DNA of 52,355 bases, the filler included, from Jimgerdemannia flammicorona (taxonomy: Eukaryota): assembly GCA_003990765.1 (NCBI GenBank). It is 2 parts of 2 records of this genome, joined end to end, with 100 filler letters (N's around TTAATTAATTAA, not from the genome) between each part and the next. Parts side by side here need not be neighbours in the genome. Positions count along the whole stretch, not along the records: positions 1 to 26,130 come from RBNJ01000758.1; positions 26,231 to 52,355 come from RBNJ01000759.1. One strand, given 5' to 3'. Below the pieces are notes generated by a model that did no database searches, had not been told where the DNA came from, and worked only from the letters and a program-made list of their open reading frames with translations. Positions 23,001 through 35,070 of the stretch are shown in pieces; positions within the stretch are counted from its first letter, which is position 1, and the number at the start of each line of letters is the position of its first letter. The position numbers and the translations under genes are program-made.

Positions 23001-25828
23001 CCTCCTTTTCCCAGTCCACCCACAAATCCCCATCCTCCAACAAAGAAGAATTGAGTCGCCAATGTCCAGATCTGTCTCCACTTCCCCCAAACCTCTCCCC
23101 TCCTAACAGACCCCAGTGATCTGATCACAGACACCAAATCATCTCCAGCATTGTCCAGACATCTGCTCCCCAGCAATCTACCATCAATATCCAGTCAATT
23201 CTTGAGCCCAGCCCTGCCATCCAGTGAGTATAAATTCAATGATTGTCCCAAAACTGTCACCCTGAATCAACCAAAGAACTTAGCCTCTCCACCTCCAACC
23301 AGTCATCCAACCCACCACTCTTGCTCCTCATTTCTCTCTCTCCATCTGTCCTATCCATCCCCTTATTCTATACCATGTTGAAGTCACCCCCCAGGTAGTC
23401 CAACCCCACATCGCCTAAGACACCCACCTCTTTCAAACTACGAATCCAATCCACCCATTCCCCTCTCTCTGCCAGGTAGTAACATGACCCAACTGTCAAT
23501 GGGCTCTATCCAGGCCTCTTCCACACTCCCCACACCAACTGAGACCCCCAATGTCCAATGTCCCCAATGTCCTCCATCCCTTTCTGAATAAGGATACCCA
23601 CCCTCCCTGTCCATACCACAGCCCCCCCCTATTCCTTAGTCCAATCCTGTAAGTCCACATCTACCTCATAACAGACATCCTGCAACAAGAAGAGATCTGC
23701 ATCCAGTCCCTTTAGTCATCCAAATATGTACTTCCACCTAGCCGCCCCCCACAACCCATTCACATTCAAAGAGAATATTCTAGTTGTACTGTTCATATTG
23801 AAAAAATGTTTGAATTTGAGATCCCAGCCTAGTACTCTATACTCATCTCATCCTCAGCCAGATCCAAGTGCCGCTCTGCTTCCAAGTCACTCTCTGCAAC
23901 AGCCTGAGCATCCAATGCCTCCAAGATTTTCTGACATTCCACCCTATCCACCACCTCCATCTCCAACCAGTAGTCTGTGCAGACTGCCCTCCACTTCTCC
24001 AATCCCTTCCTTGAGCCCCACAAATATGCTGTCCAGTCATTCACAATTCTCCTAAGTTCCTCCTCCTGCTGATCATCGACTTGGTATTTAACTGATTCTA
24101 AAAGAACTGCTAGGATCTCATTCCTCACCTTCCTCAGTACCTCCTCACCCTGAAGGATTTCCTCCCAATACCTCTCTTCCATAACCCAGAAGTTCTCTCC
24201 CCCCAGCTCCTCTGCTACTACCCCTTCCAGAGTCTTCCACAGCCACTTCTCCTCATCCACCACCTCCGCCACCCCCTGGGCAACCTGACCACCCCCCACC
24301 TCTGGGTCCACCAAAGCACTCCTCCTCACTGACTCATCCCACTCCTCATCTGGTATATCCAGTAACTCCTCCTCCCCCCCTGCCCCATCTGGAACACTGT
24401 ACTGAGGGTGTACTCCTTCACTAATTTCTGTATCTGCCTCCACACTGCCTACCCTCTCCTCTCTCAATCCATCCTGTGCCCCACCTTGGGCCATCTCACT
24501 TCCCCCCACCCAGGCACTCTCCCACAATCCTGCCTTCTCATCCCCTGTACCACTGCCTGCCCCACCACTGCCCAACTTCACCAGCAGCTCCTTCTGGATT
24601 TTTCTCCCCTATATCTTCTCCCAGGTTACTCAATCCATCCTGACCCTCTTTCCATCAATGACTTCCATCACCATCCTGGCCTCATACTCCTTCCAAGCCA
24701 ATCTCCTCCTCTTGACTGCTTCTTCCAGATCCTCCAAAGCCTCAAGTAGATCTTTCTCCTCCTCCAGAGTCCCCTTCACCCTCATGACCTTGCACTCTAC
24801 TGGTTCCCACTTCAGAGTTGCCAGCCAGTCCCTCATCTTCCCCATGTTCTCCTTTCCAGCCAGCCTCACCCGGACATTAATGTCACCAGTCTGGAGTTCC
24901 ATATCCTCCCAGACCTTGAACCTGATATCCACAATCTCCCCATACTCCTTGACTGCCCCCACAATCAACTCCTTAGCCCTCTCTCTTGACACCATAGGAA
25001 GATCTAATACCATTAACTGTACCACTCAGGGGTCCCAGTGCATATACCTGGCCATAGGGACCACAACCCCACCCACTGTTACCCCCTTCTCCATGGCCAC
25101 CAGCAGTGCCTCTTCTTTCTCAAACCCCACCTTGACCCCTTCTTTCCTCTTCAAAAACTTCACTGATGCTGCCTCTTTCACCTTCTGTACCATCAGCCCC
25201 AAGATCATCCTCACAGTCACCACCAAGCCTCTGAAACATATTGTGATGGTAAATTCTGATCTCTATTTCCTGAGTAATGGTGCCAACACCATCCTGTCAC
25301 CCCATCTGCCAGGTCCCTGGGCCTTGAGCCCACCCCCTGTCCCAAACCAGCCACCACTATCACATCTGGATTTTTGCCAGATTCCCAGTCACAGCTCCAT
25401 CAATAGTCACATCTCCAGCCCCTACTCCCCCCTCTCTCCTACCACTGGACACTCCTCTGGGCACTCCTCCCAGTCCCCCAGCAGTAGCTATCGATGCCTT
25501 CCCCAGACCCAGCCAACCATCCAGACTAGAGGCCATTCTCTCCATCTTATTCTTATCAGCAAAGGTCAACCTCTCCCCTCCTTGCTGCCTCAGGCTCCCC
25601 TCCCTCCACCACCAGAGCCTCAGCCAGCCATCAAAGCCCCTGACATCCCCAAACCATCTCCCCTCCTCTCCACTTGCTGCCAGCCAAAGGCACCACTTCC
25701 CCCCTGGCCAGTACTCTCACCAGTTCGATCATTGCCATCTATGTTGATAGTTGTCTATTACCAAAAACATTGTAAAAAGTATTGTCTGAGTCTTGTATCA
25801 TCTGAATGTTACTGGTGAAAGGTTGGCA
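20043..25828 (-). mobile_element. LINE copy E: full-length, nested in D, inactivated (ORF1 ~25742-23829 with ATG->ATA; ORF2 23796-~20140)
   Basis: Poly(T) 20043-20066. RT segment 21733-22596 (LDQEKAYDRV, GVPQGDPLSP). EN NILFECEW-region reads LNVNGL/LLQDV on the minus strand near 23680-23790. Conserved 5' motif CCTTTCACCAGTAACATTCAG. Perfect TSD. Confidence 0.96.
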
Positions 25829-26130
25829 TATAGATATATTTGCTACCACCAGCTATATAATCCAAGAGTTCTAGCATAAATAATGAGTTATAGAAATTAC
25901 TATCTTTTCTACTATCACATCTTTCTTTAATACTCTCAATATTAACTCCTTCTTCTTGAATTTCACCTCTATTCCCTCCAGCCTCTTAAAGAATTTTACT
26001 AAGACAATCTCTTTTACCTCCTAGATCAGTAGCCCCAGAACTATCCTTAGTATAACTACCAAGCCCCAGAAGCACAATATGATAGCAAATTCAGACATCA
26101 ATTTCTTAAGTAATGGTACTGTCATCAGAC

Positions 26131-26230
26131 NNNNNNNNNNNNNNNNNNNNNNNNNNNNNNNNNNNNNNNNNNNNTTAATTAATTAANNNNNNNNNNNNNN
26201 NNNNNNNNNNNNNNNNNNNNNNNNNNNNNN
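26131..26230. other. Artificial assembly linker (44 N + TTAATTAATTAA + 44 N)
   Basis: A six-frame stop linker centred in an N run, total 100 nt. Sequence composition changes abruptly across it. Confidence 0.97.
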
Positions 26231-26530
26231 CCTCCGCAATATAGTAACAACAATTTGCATGCTCAGGATAGGTATACCAATCATCCAAATCAACAAGTAG
26301 ATTCAATCCAACCGATGCAATACGGTCACGCCAACAAGCCTGATCAACCAGACAACAGCCCCGCTCCCCGGGGTGATCTTCACCGGCGTACTGGAGACTA
26401 TCAGGCCGGGTTTAGCCAAAGCGCTTCCACGAATGAGCCGAGGAACAGTTATTACGACACACCTAGCGATGAATTGCAGTCACCGCACGAAATTGATGTG
26501 GGGACTGTAGGAACATGGGGAAATAAATAG
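26231..26530 (+). CDS. 3' end of a probable host protein-coding gene (polar, low-complexity C-terminus; product unknown), 5'-truncated by the gap
   Basis: Frame is open from the first base after the gap for 99 codons to TAG (PPQYSNNN...EIDVGTVGTWGNK*). CpG content is normal, unlike every repeat in the window. No family recognised. Confidence 0.6.
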   Translation, partial: PPQYSNNNLHAQDRYTNHPNQQVDSIQPMQYGHANKPDQPDNSPAPRGDLHRRTGDYQAGFSQSASTNEPRNSYYDTPSDELQSPHEIDVGTVGTWGNK

Positions 26531-27941
26531 TGATGAAAGGTTGCTAATTAAAAATATATAGTCATCTTTCCAATAATAATCGGATCCGCGATTAATACAT
26601 TAATTGGCGGTGTATTGTAGTACGATGAGTGGCATGAGATGCGCAACGGGCAACGGGGCGCTATGACGCAGTGGGACAAATATGAAGGGCAACAGTGATG
26701 GGCAATAAGAATTATTGGTATGTGATGTCCAACCTTTGTACAAAGGCTGCAAATATAATGTGGCGATGAAACCTGATGGGGATACTTACGAGGGACGAAA
26801 TCCCACCCCCCCCCCTTTTTTTTTTCGATGCCCATGGGAATTTACCCGGACCATTTCTTGATTACTGTGCAGCATCCATTCTTACAGGGAAACCTTCCTC
26901 CTAACGTTTCGCCGCACCTCGAATCTTTCGTCATCACTTCTGTATGGCCTCTCATCTATAATACGCATCCTCCAAGACCTCGGTAAATATGTACCACAAC
27001 AAGCACCTGAGTCAGCTGGGAGTGGACAGGAAGTAGTTTATCTTATGTTTGCTGGACAAACACCTGTCCCTCTTGGCCTCCCAGTGTGACCACCTAACCC
27101 ACACCTGTCTGGTGTGCAAGGATTTCATTCGAGTTCATGAACAAAGCATGGTTGAAAGTTGTGATGTGATGTTGACAAGCAGCACAGGCCCCATGCCATA
27201 TCTGTGACTCAACCAACTTCCACACTCACCCACACAAAGCCATGCAAAATAAAAGTACATGTCACAATTTCTCCCATAAGGTTTTGGTATCAGACAGCAT
27301 AGACTGTGGAAAAGACATTGAGGGAAGGAGGAGGTGGTGAAGAATTTTGTGGCCAAGTGAGCCCAATGAGTAGCTATTGGTAGAGATACGAACAACTCTG
27401 ATGAACTTTTAATCTCATGCTAATGGACTTTATACTCTGCACCATCACAATAATGAATCTACACTAGCCAACTCAGTCCTCAAGATCTGTTCATCTTCGA
27501 CAATGCTTGAACATTATTATTATACATTCTTGCCAGAGATTGTGCGGCCCTCAATACCCTCCCACAGACCTGTCTATCTTCATGCTCCTCATCATCTCTG
27601 ATGACTGCCAAGTTCCCCTGTCCTCATCACCACTCCTCATGCCCTCACCTGTTCCTTCAGACTCCATCTCTACTCTGAGAATCAATCTCAATGACCTCCT
27701 CTTCACTCCATATGAGCCACATATATTGATGTTGGGGAGGCTTCCATTTATATGGGCTTTGTTGGTGATAGAAGTAATGGAAATAGTATGAGGTAATCTT
27801 TTTTTTTTTTGGAATATGATGATGAAATCATGTATGGCAAAGAGCTCATGAATAGCAAGACAGCAATGATCTAGAAAAATTCTGTCATATCTGAAACCCC
27901 ACCCTATGAACCAATTTCTCATCGAAGCCTTCGCACACTAC

Positions 27942-28026
27942 TGTGATGAGTGAATACTACAGTATAGCCAAGATGACATACAAAGAACACATAGTATAGT
28001 TACCCTACATAGTTACCCATATACAC
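27942..28026 (+). repeat. LTR stub of element X (partner 39517-39603)
   Basis: ~85 bp direct repeat starting with TG. Differences from the partner are mostly C->T/G->A. Confidence 0.75.
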
Positions 28027-28056
28027 TATGGTGGTAATCTTTTGACTGGGGTTGTT

Positions 28057-28470
28057 GGTTGATCCAAACCCTTTCTTGTCATGATCTATCTGAGAGAGCT
28101 CAGAGACTTCTTCAATAGTGAGATCTTGACAGATTTCTTCAATAATTTCCTGGGCAATTCTTTGGCCTGCTTTGACTTCAAATGAGGTGTCTTCAAAATT
28201 TTGTAAGATGATATAGATTTCACTAGTAAATCCTTGGTCAACTACTCCTCCTCTTAGCCCAATGTTGAATTCTTTGACCAGGCTACTTCATTCAATAAGA
28301 TGGATATATATTTCTTTGGGGGCTTATATTGCAATTCCAGTACATACTATAGTATTGGTACTTGGTGAAATAGTGAGGTCTTGGCTACTACAGAGGTCAT
28401 ATCCTACATCAGTAGAATGGGCCTTAGTGGAGATAGTAGCCTTATATAATATCTTCTACACTTTGATGAT
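28057..28470 (-). pseudogene. dut: dUTPase (trimeric family) of element Y
   Basis: Manual translation shows all five motifs: VGYDL, IE*SSL, GGVVDQGFTSEI, GQRIAQ, KKGFGST. Confidence 0.92.
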
Positions 28471-30428
28471 ATTCTTAAGATTCTTCTTTCCTGGACCTTC
28501 TCCAATGACTGTGATGTTCTAGTTACTGGGTTTGTCTAATCTGTTTCTCTTCTCAGAGTATCTGACTGAGATGTATCCTACCTTCCTATAAATGAAGTAC
28601 AATCCTTTTTTATAAAGTTGCTTCTTTTTATCCTCAGTAGAGAATCTTGGTCCTCTGGAGTTTCACTTCTTTTAATTATTTCTTTGATCATTTCTTTGAT
28701 CATTCTTTTGATCATTCCTCTTGGTAGGATTTCTTTTATCTTGGTTATTCTTCTTATGTTCTAGATTTCATAGGGCCTATATAGTAAGGATTTTACAGAC
28801 TCTTCTTTGTACTTGGGCAAAGTATTATAAGTAGTGAGGACATCTTAGGGAGAGGTCTTGTTCCTTAATCTTCTGGGTGAGTCAGTCTGATAGGGCCAAA
28901 GAGATGGTTAGCTCTGATACTATTAATGACCAAATTGTTTTTCTTCAACAGTTTTGAGGTAGGCATCTATCCTTATGACAAAGGTTTCTAGGTCCTCCTC
29001 ACCATTCTTGTAGAACTTCATCTGGACTAGTTTGTTTCAAGTTTCTTATATATAGGCTACATTTCAGAATTTGGTCAGTAGTAGGGCCTTGAGTTCTGAG
29101 CCTATTGCATAATCATCTCAATCTGGTCTAGTATGGCCAAGTACTTGGCCTGCAACTTGAGAATAGTCTTCCCAGATTACTGGGTATTCTTCTATAGTAT
29201 ATATACCAGAACTTAGTTGCTGTTTTAGTAAAGAATATTATTATTGTTTCCACTTATACTGCTAATATAGCAAATAGCTGGTAGAGAGTATTGTCTTGAT
29301 TATTGGTGAGTATTCCTATAGGTACTTAGTTATTATTCTATTAGTTTGCTCAGTATTCTATATCAACTATATTGATAAAGATTTCAATATTACTGTTTTT
29401 TCCACTAAAAGTGGATATTTGCAAGGTTTGGGTTAGTTTGTTCTGTTAAGCAATTCATCCTACTATATCTACTAATGTGGTTAGCTAGATAGTCAGTGCT
29501 GCAATATTGATATCTACTATTATATTGATTATTAGTAGTAGTCCTATAAGGGTAGATTCTCTTGAAGATTATTCTATCTAATAGGATTATAGTGCTGTAT
29601 AACTTGGGGTTACTTGATTCTCAGATATTAGATCAAAAAGTCCTGTAAGAGATAGTAAACCAAACCTCTATATATGTGGCTAGATTGGTTCTAAGGTCTG
29701 GTCTTCTTGATCTGTGGGTTCTTGGTAAATTCCTAGGCCTGCTGTTTCTTATTGGCTATTATCAGACTAATATCCTATAGAGTCTTCATCTGACTCCCTT
29801 TCCTGATGAGATAGTGCATCCTCATACTAACTAGGTCCTTCAAAGAGGATATCTACTTCTGGTAGGATAAAGGGACCTGCTTCTTGATTAGCAGTAAGAG
29901 ATAGATGGTCTGCTTACTTGTTCTCATATCTTGTTATAGTAAAGATATAGTAAACAACTAGTCTGTAGTAGAGGGAGGTCCTGGTAGGAGTATGATGATA
30001 TCTGTCAGATGCAATCTACTTGGCAGCTGCTTCTCTTATTACAGGGGGTGAGATATAATCTAGAAATTCCTAGATAGCTATAACAGTAGATTCTTGAGTC
30101 CTGGTGGTTCCAAGATGACTATAGAGAAGAGTGTAGAACCTATAGTGGCTGACTATATTTCTAAGACCTGGGTGAAAAGTTCTAAAGGCCTGATATAGAT
30201 CTTTATATGTCTGATCAATTACAAGGTAATGAGTCCCTGGGTCTGTAGTTTTCTAGTACCACCTGGTCCTAATGACAAGGGCTTGTCTGACTCTAGTTTG
30301 GGAATTTGTTTCTAGAGAATCTACAGTTAGTTCTGGGGATTACTCCTGTCCAAGGTTGGCCTTATTCCAACTTCTCAGAAGTATGTTCTTGATATCTTCT
30401 TGGCTTGATAATTCTACTACTACTAAGT

Positions 30429-31200
30429 TATAATAACTCTTATTTCTACCCCTCTCTTATTCTTTGAATAATTAGGGAAATAAGATATTACTTAGGAACT
30501 TAGTACACAATGTGTACCAAGAAGCCTTCAGTATGAGGAAGTGCTTGCTTGAAAGTAGTTATAGCAGCAATACCCTTCTTATTAACTATAGTTATAAGGA
30601 ACTTATTCTTTATTGTACACAGACTAAATTCACTTTGAAATTCAGATTTAATGGGTTTACTTAAGTCTTTGGGATTTATATACTAGTCTCAGTTCTGGCA
30701 AAAGTTAGCTAGGCTTCTGGAGTTTAGTCAGAAATACTAAAGTTACTTAGATATTATTACTAAGACTCAGGGAAATATATATGTGTAGAGAAAACTTGAT
30801 TCTTATATTAAGGACTGAATTAAAACTGTCTTTATTTCAAATAGAACTGAGGAGTATTTATACAAGTTGGTCTACAATTTCTGACTAAATATAAGTAACT
30901 AATTTGGTAACTATAGTGAGGTTTGTAATTGTAATCTTTGTCAGATAGTTTGTAATCAGGAATACTTTGTGATTAAGATCTCTATTGCTATAGTACTAAT
31001 TGCTGGAAATAAGCTAGATATTATTTTTGCATCATTTGTATCATTCATTATATTTATTATTTATATATTATATATAACACTCAATTGATGATAATATCAT
31101 TGTCAGGTTATATAATTACTCATTATATATATATTATATCTCATCTATTCATTCTATTACACTATTTATCTTATATATAGATATCTTTAAGATAGTCTCA
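30429..31200 (-). repeat. 5' LTR of element Y (~770 bp, strongly TA-mutated)
   Basis: Bounded by the PBS on one side and by the abrupt start of X RNase H sequence (GAVLI*EG) at 31201. It ends ...CTCA, which is TG on the minus strand. No second copy is in the window. Confidence 0.65.
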
Positions 31201-32224
31201 GAGCAGTTCTAATCTAAGAAGGATCTGATCAGTAGTACTATATAATAGCTTATACAAGCAGAGCTACTAATAAGTAGTAGGCTAACTAGAGTAATATCAA
31301 ATTAAAATATCTTATAGTTATATAGATAGTTACTCTGTTTAAGTATTACTTTATTAAAAAAAGATTCACTCTCATAACTAATCATATTACTCTCAAATAG
31401 CTATTCTATTATAAAAAATCTACTGAAATTCTTATCTACTAGATTCTAATCCTATAAGATTACAAAATTACTATTATCTATAAAGCAGAGAAAGTCTACA
31501 ACAATATCAATGTACTTTCTTATCAAATCTAATAAACTAAAAGAAGAGTGTATTCTAGAATTACATTTAAAAGAAAATTTCTGTAACTACTAAGGAGCAA
31601 GAAGACCTCATCTGATAAGAACATCAGAAGACCTACTAAGAATAAACAAATATAGAAGAGAAGCTTCAAAGAACATACCAATACTGACCCAATCCTAGAG
31701 CATAAGTCAGAGATATATGTACTATAAAGATATAATATCTACTAGAAGTATTAAAAAAAGAAAAAATCATCAAGCACTATTATAACTAATTATACTATCT
31801 ATTCATATCTTCTAAAGATAGAGAGTAGATATTATCAGACTTCTGTCAGTTATATTAAGAAGAAGCAAATATATCTTAATATTTATAAAATATCTGATCA
31901 AATGATCTAAAGCTTTCTCAATAGAAACTACTGATACCTTGACTATTATTAGCCTCTTTTATAGTCTTATACTTAGATATGGACCTCTAGAAGAACTAAT
32001 CTCTAAATATAATATAGAATTTATTAATAAGTTAGTTATAACTTATATATAAATTCACAAGATTTATCTAAAAAAGATCATATCACACTACTCTCAAATC
32101 AATAGAATGATAGAGTAAATAAACCAGACTATTAAAAAAGAACTTATCTGAGTCAATTCTACCAACTGAGATCTCTGCTTATCTGTAATTCTATGGAAAA
32201 TTTAGAATATCTCTATAATCTTTA
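31201..32224 (+). pseudogene. Element X pol relic: RNase H and integrase core
   Basis: IIAYTSRATNK, LFKYYFIKKRFTLITNHITLK* (RNase H). RYGPLEELISKYNIEFIN and SQINRMIE*INQTIK are mutated integrase D..E motifs. Confidence 0.85.
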
Positions 32225-33706
32225 TGTAAGAGGGTTGCTTTTAGAGTAACTGTTATATAGTTCTGAAAGAGTTTTCTGGAAGTTCTGGATATTCTGGAAG
32301 ACTATTTTCTTATGGTCAAGATTAATTTCATATAGAGTATGTCCTCTATGCTTATTGATTTCAAGATTGAGTTGATGTCTCAACCAAAGTCCTTTTTGGA
32401 CTAGTTCTGGATGTTCAGGATTTTCTGTATTTCAGAAAGTTCAAGAAACTAAGACCAGCTTAGTTGAATTGGCATATCACTGCAGACAATACCCAATTAG
32501 GAAATTTCATGATGGGGTTAGGAGTGGGACCTAACAGGGAGTGAATTTACTTAAGAGTGGTTTGTGGGTTATTAAATAGGTTTATTCACTATTCATGATA
32601 TTGCTATACTAGGAGTAGTTGGATGAAGGGATATTATAGGGAAGGGCTCAGGAGTTATGTTTGGATTGTTCAAGTCTGAGATTCTGAGGTCTGGGAGAGG
32701 GGATATTTATACTAGTGAGGGGCTATCTGGACTATACTAAATATGGATATAGCACTACATGCCTTGCTGAGTCGGAATGCAGTCATATAGTACAAGAGTG
32801 ATCTGATATGTCAAGAGATCATCTGACTGCTGAGTCAGTTCACAGTCATATTGTACAAGACTAATCTAACTATACTATGACTGCTAAGCTATTTATAGGT
32901 TTAGACACTGTCTGGGTAGTCTTTGATAATATTACCATTGATGACATCATCTCTGACAAAGTCTGAGACTTCTGACATCATCAGTTTCAAGGTGTCGTCA
33001 CTTCTATCTCTTGCAAGATTAAGGCTATCCTTGGTGACAGTGGTTGTACAAGGATAACAGGTCTTGGTTCTCTTTTTTTTTTAGTCTGCTGGTGCATTTG
33101 CGAGGACTGGCCATTCTTGTCTAGGGTGAGGGCTCCCAATGTCATGGCTGGGGGTTCAAACCTCTTGGAAATGATATTTTCTATAATCCGAGGCAATTTC
33201 TAGTAGTAATATCTATCACATAGATAGCTTGAGATTGGTTTTGACATTGTTGGCTTTCTTGAGTTCAGATGAAGCATCCATCACTCTCCAATGGAGGTGA
33301 CACAGATAGAGTGAATAGAGTTGTTCAAATGCATTTTGCTTCTGCTAAGTAATAAGATCTTATATAGTCATAGTGTATCTTGGTCTTGAGTTGATAAGTG
33401 CAGTTCATGAACCTTTTAGTAGATGAGATAGGGTTTTTCTTGTCTTAATTTGAGTTTGGTACTTTTGGTTTTCTTTTGTAATAGTACAGTACACCAAACT
33501 AGTTATAGTGGTTCAGAGTTAGTCTTATGGTTGTAGTACTTCTTCTAGTATTCTTGTATCTTAGCAGTGGGTTCTCATGCTTGCTGGCATATTTCGTGTA
33601 ACCAGATGATCTCTTCAGTAACTTGTTTTATAGTCTCGCATGTGGTTTCCAAATTAGTTCTGAGGATGCCATGCAATTTTGGTGGCTTAGAGGTTGTGTG
33701 CTTACA
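32225..33706 (-). repeat. 3' LTR of element Z
   Basis: Collinear direct repeat of 37101-38582. Terminal inverted TGTAAG/CTTACA. Confidence 0.96.
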
Positions 33707-33707
33707 A

Positions 33708-33720
33708 CTCTCCCCTTCTT
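33708..33720 (-). other. Polypurine tract of element Z
   Basis: AAGAAGGGGAGAG on the minus strand, 1 nt upstream of the 3' LTR. Confidence 0.88.
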
Positions 33721-34664
33721 AGCTTTCGATATCCTCATCAGGGCCTTCTAATTTATTCTGGTATTATTGTACCATTTGGATGGTTCTTGTGGCTGTGTTT
33801 GTTGAGGATTTGTTTAACTTTGTATTCTTCTTGGTCATTAATAATGACAGGTGCAGGTGGTTCTATAGTTTGGTTCAGAAATGTGTCTCGGAATTTCTAG
33901 AGTAGTGGTCTGACATGGCTGTCAACTTTGGAAAAGTCTTCTTCAGTATTCTTGGGTTCTCCTTTGGATGGATGGATGGAGATTGCAAAGAGAGGGCATT
34001 TCTTGGTCAATTTCTTGAGTTATAGCTTATTGATGTGGGTGATCTTTGGTCCAGGGTCACTAGAGTTGAGTGGGTCCTTTTCACCTTACAGTTTGAAGTT
34101 GTGGTGTCCTTTCTTGATGGTCAGAGAATGGTTTACCCAATTGATCATGGGGTTCTCTTGTTTTAACCATGGAGTTCCAAGGATGATTTCATTATCAGGG
34201 AGTGGTACAATCTGGAGGGTAATATGTACTCAGTAGTCACCAATTCGGAAGAGTAGATTGCAGACTTCCTTGCTAATAACATGTGAGGTTCCATCAGCTG
34301 TGGCGACTGCCTGAGTTTGTTGTACCAGAGAGGTGAAGACCTTGAGTCTGTTGGCTGTTTCTTCATTGATGAAGTTGCCTGAGGCACCACTGTCTATCAT
34401 AATCTTGACAGGTGCTCAGTTGACAAAAGCTTTGAGTATAAGCAGTTTGTCTGATCCAATGGTAGTGATTTTGGTTATAGGAGCTTTCCTTCTGTTGGTT
34501 CTTCTTTGAGCCAGTTCATTGATACAAGAGAAGCAATTATCAATCATTTGGGAAGAGTATATTCCAATATCATGAGGGCATCAGCCACTTGGTACATATC
34601 CGTCTTCAATCTTCTTGTAGAATTGTTCTTCTTTGCTCATGGTAGGTTGGGCTGGGGCCTTGTT

Positions 34665-35070
34665 TGATGAGCCAAATCCTTTGAATCCTCAGATGGTAGG
34701 TAGTAGTTCAGGGATTTCCTTGACTATCAGAGTTGACTCAATTTTTTCAAATAGAATCTGGGCAATGCAGAAACCAATGGGGATCTTAAAGGATATCCAA
34801 CTGTGGTTTTGGATGAGGACAATAATTTCGCCTATATAATCCTCATCAATGACTCCTCCTTCTACTGAGAGTTCTTTCAATGCTAGACTGCTGTGACAGC
34901 ATATTCTTCCAACATGTCCTTCAGGGATTTGGATGCTGATTCCTGTATAGACTTGCTTGACTTCTCAGTTGGAAACTGTAGTTTCTTTGGCTGCATACAG
35001 ATCATATCCAGCTGCTTTTTGACTTCCTTTGGTTGGGGCCTTGGCAGTTTGCCTTAACTTGACAAAGTCT
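34665..35070 (-). pseudogene. dut: dUTPase (trimeric family) of element Z
   Basis: FVKL...APTKGSQKAAGYDLYA, GRICCHSSLA, GGVIDEDYIGEI, IAQIL, *GFKGFGSS. Confidence 0.96.

Larger units (their letters stand above)
15097..26130 (-). mobile_element. LINE copy D: old, heavily mutated element interrupted in ORF1 by copy E (D = 15097-20042 plus 25844-26130), 5' end lost at the gap
   Basis: 48-nt poly(T) and family terminus. RT relic (AFTDNIVVGLG, 16525-16755). EN relic ~18100-18850. ORF1 resumes after E with PLLKKLMSEFAIILCFWGL (~26050-26120). Confidence 0.9.
28027..31200 (-). mobile_element. Ty3/gypsy element Y: 5' LTR, PBS, extended gag, dUTPase; 3' part deleted; inserted in the RNase H region of X
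   Basis: LTR 30429-31200. PBS relic ACTTAGTAG at 30428-30420, of the same type as Z. Gag motif ISTFSGK at ~29400-29420. Mutated knuckle GLYFIYRKVGYISVRY (C/H->Y) at 28555-28605. dUTPase, then KITTI as found before the protease in Z. Confidence 0.85.

Noticed and set aside
26175..26186. TTAATTAATTAA palindrome as a biological site (e.g. piggyBac TTAA target)
   Set aside because: It is centred in Ns and is the standard six-frame-stop contig linker.
26498..26512. TGTGGGGACTGTAG as an LTR start resembling 13314
   Set aside because: It is a short match inside the open host ORF with normal CpG, and no further similarity or LTR end was found.
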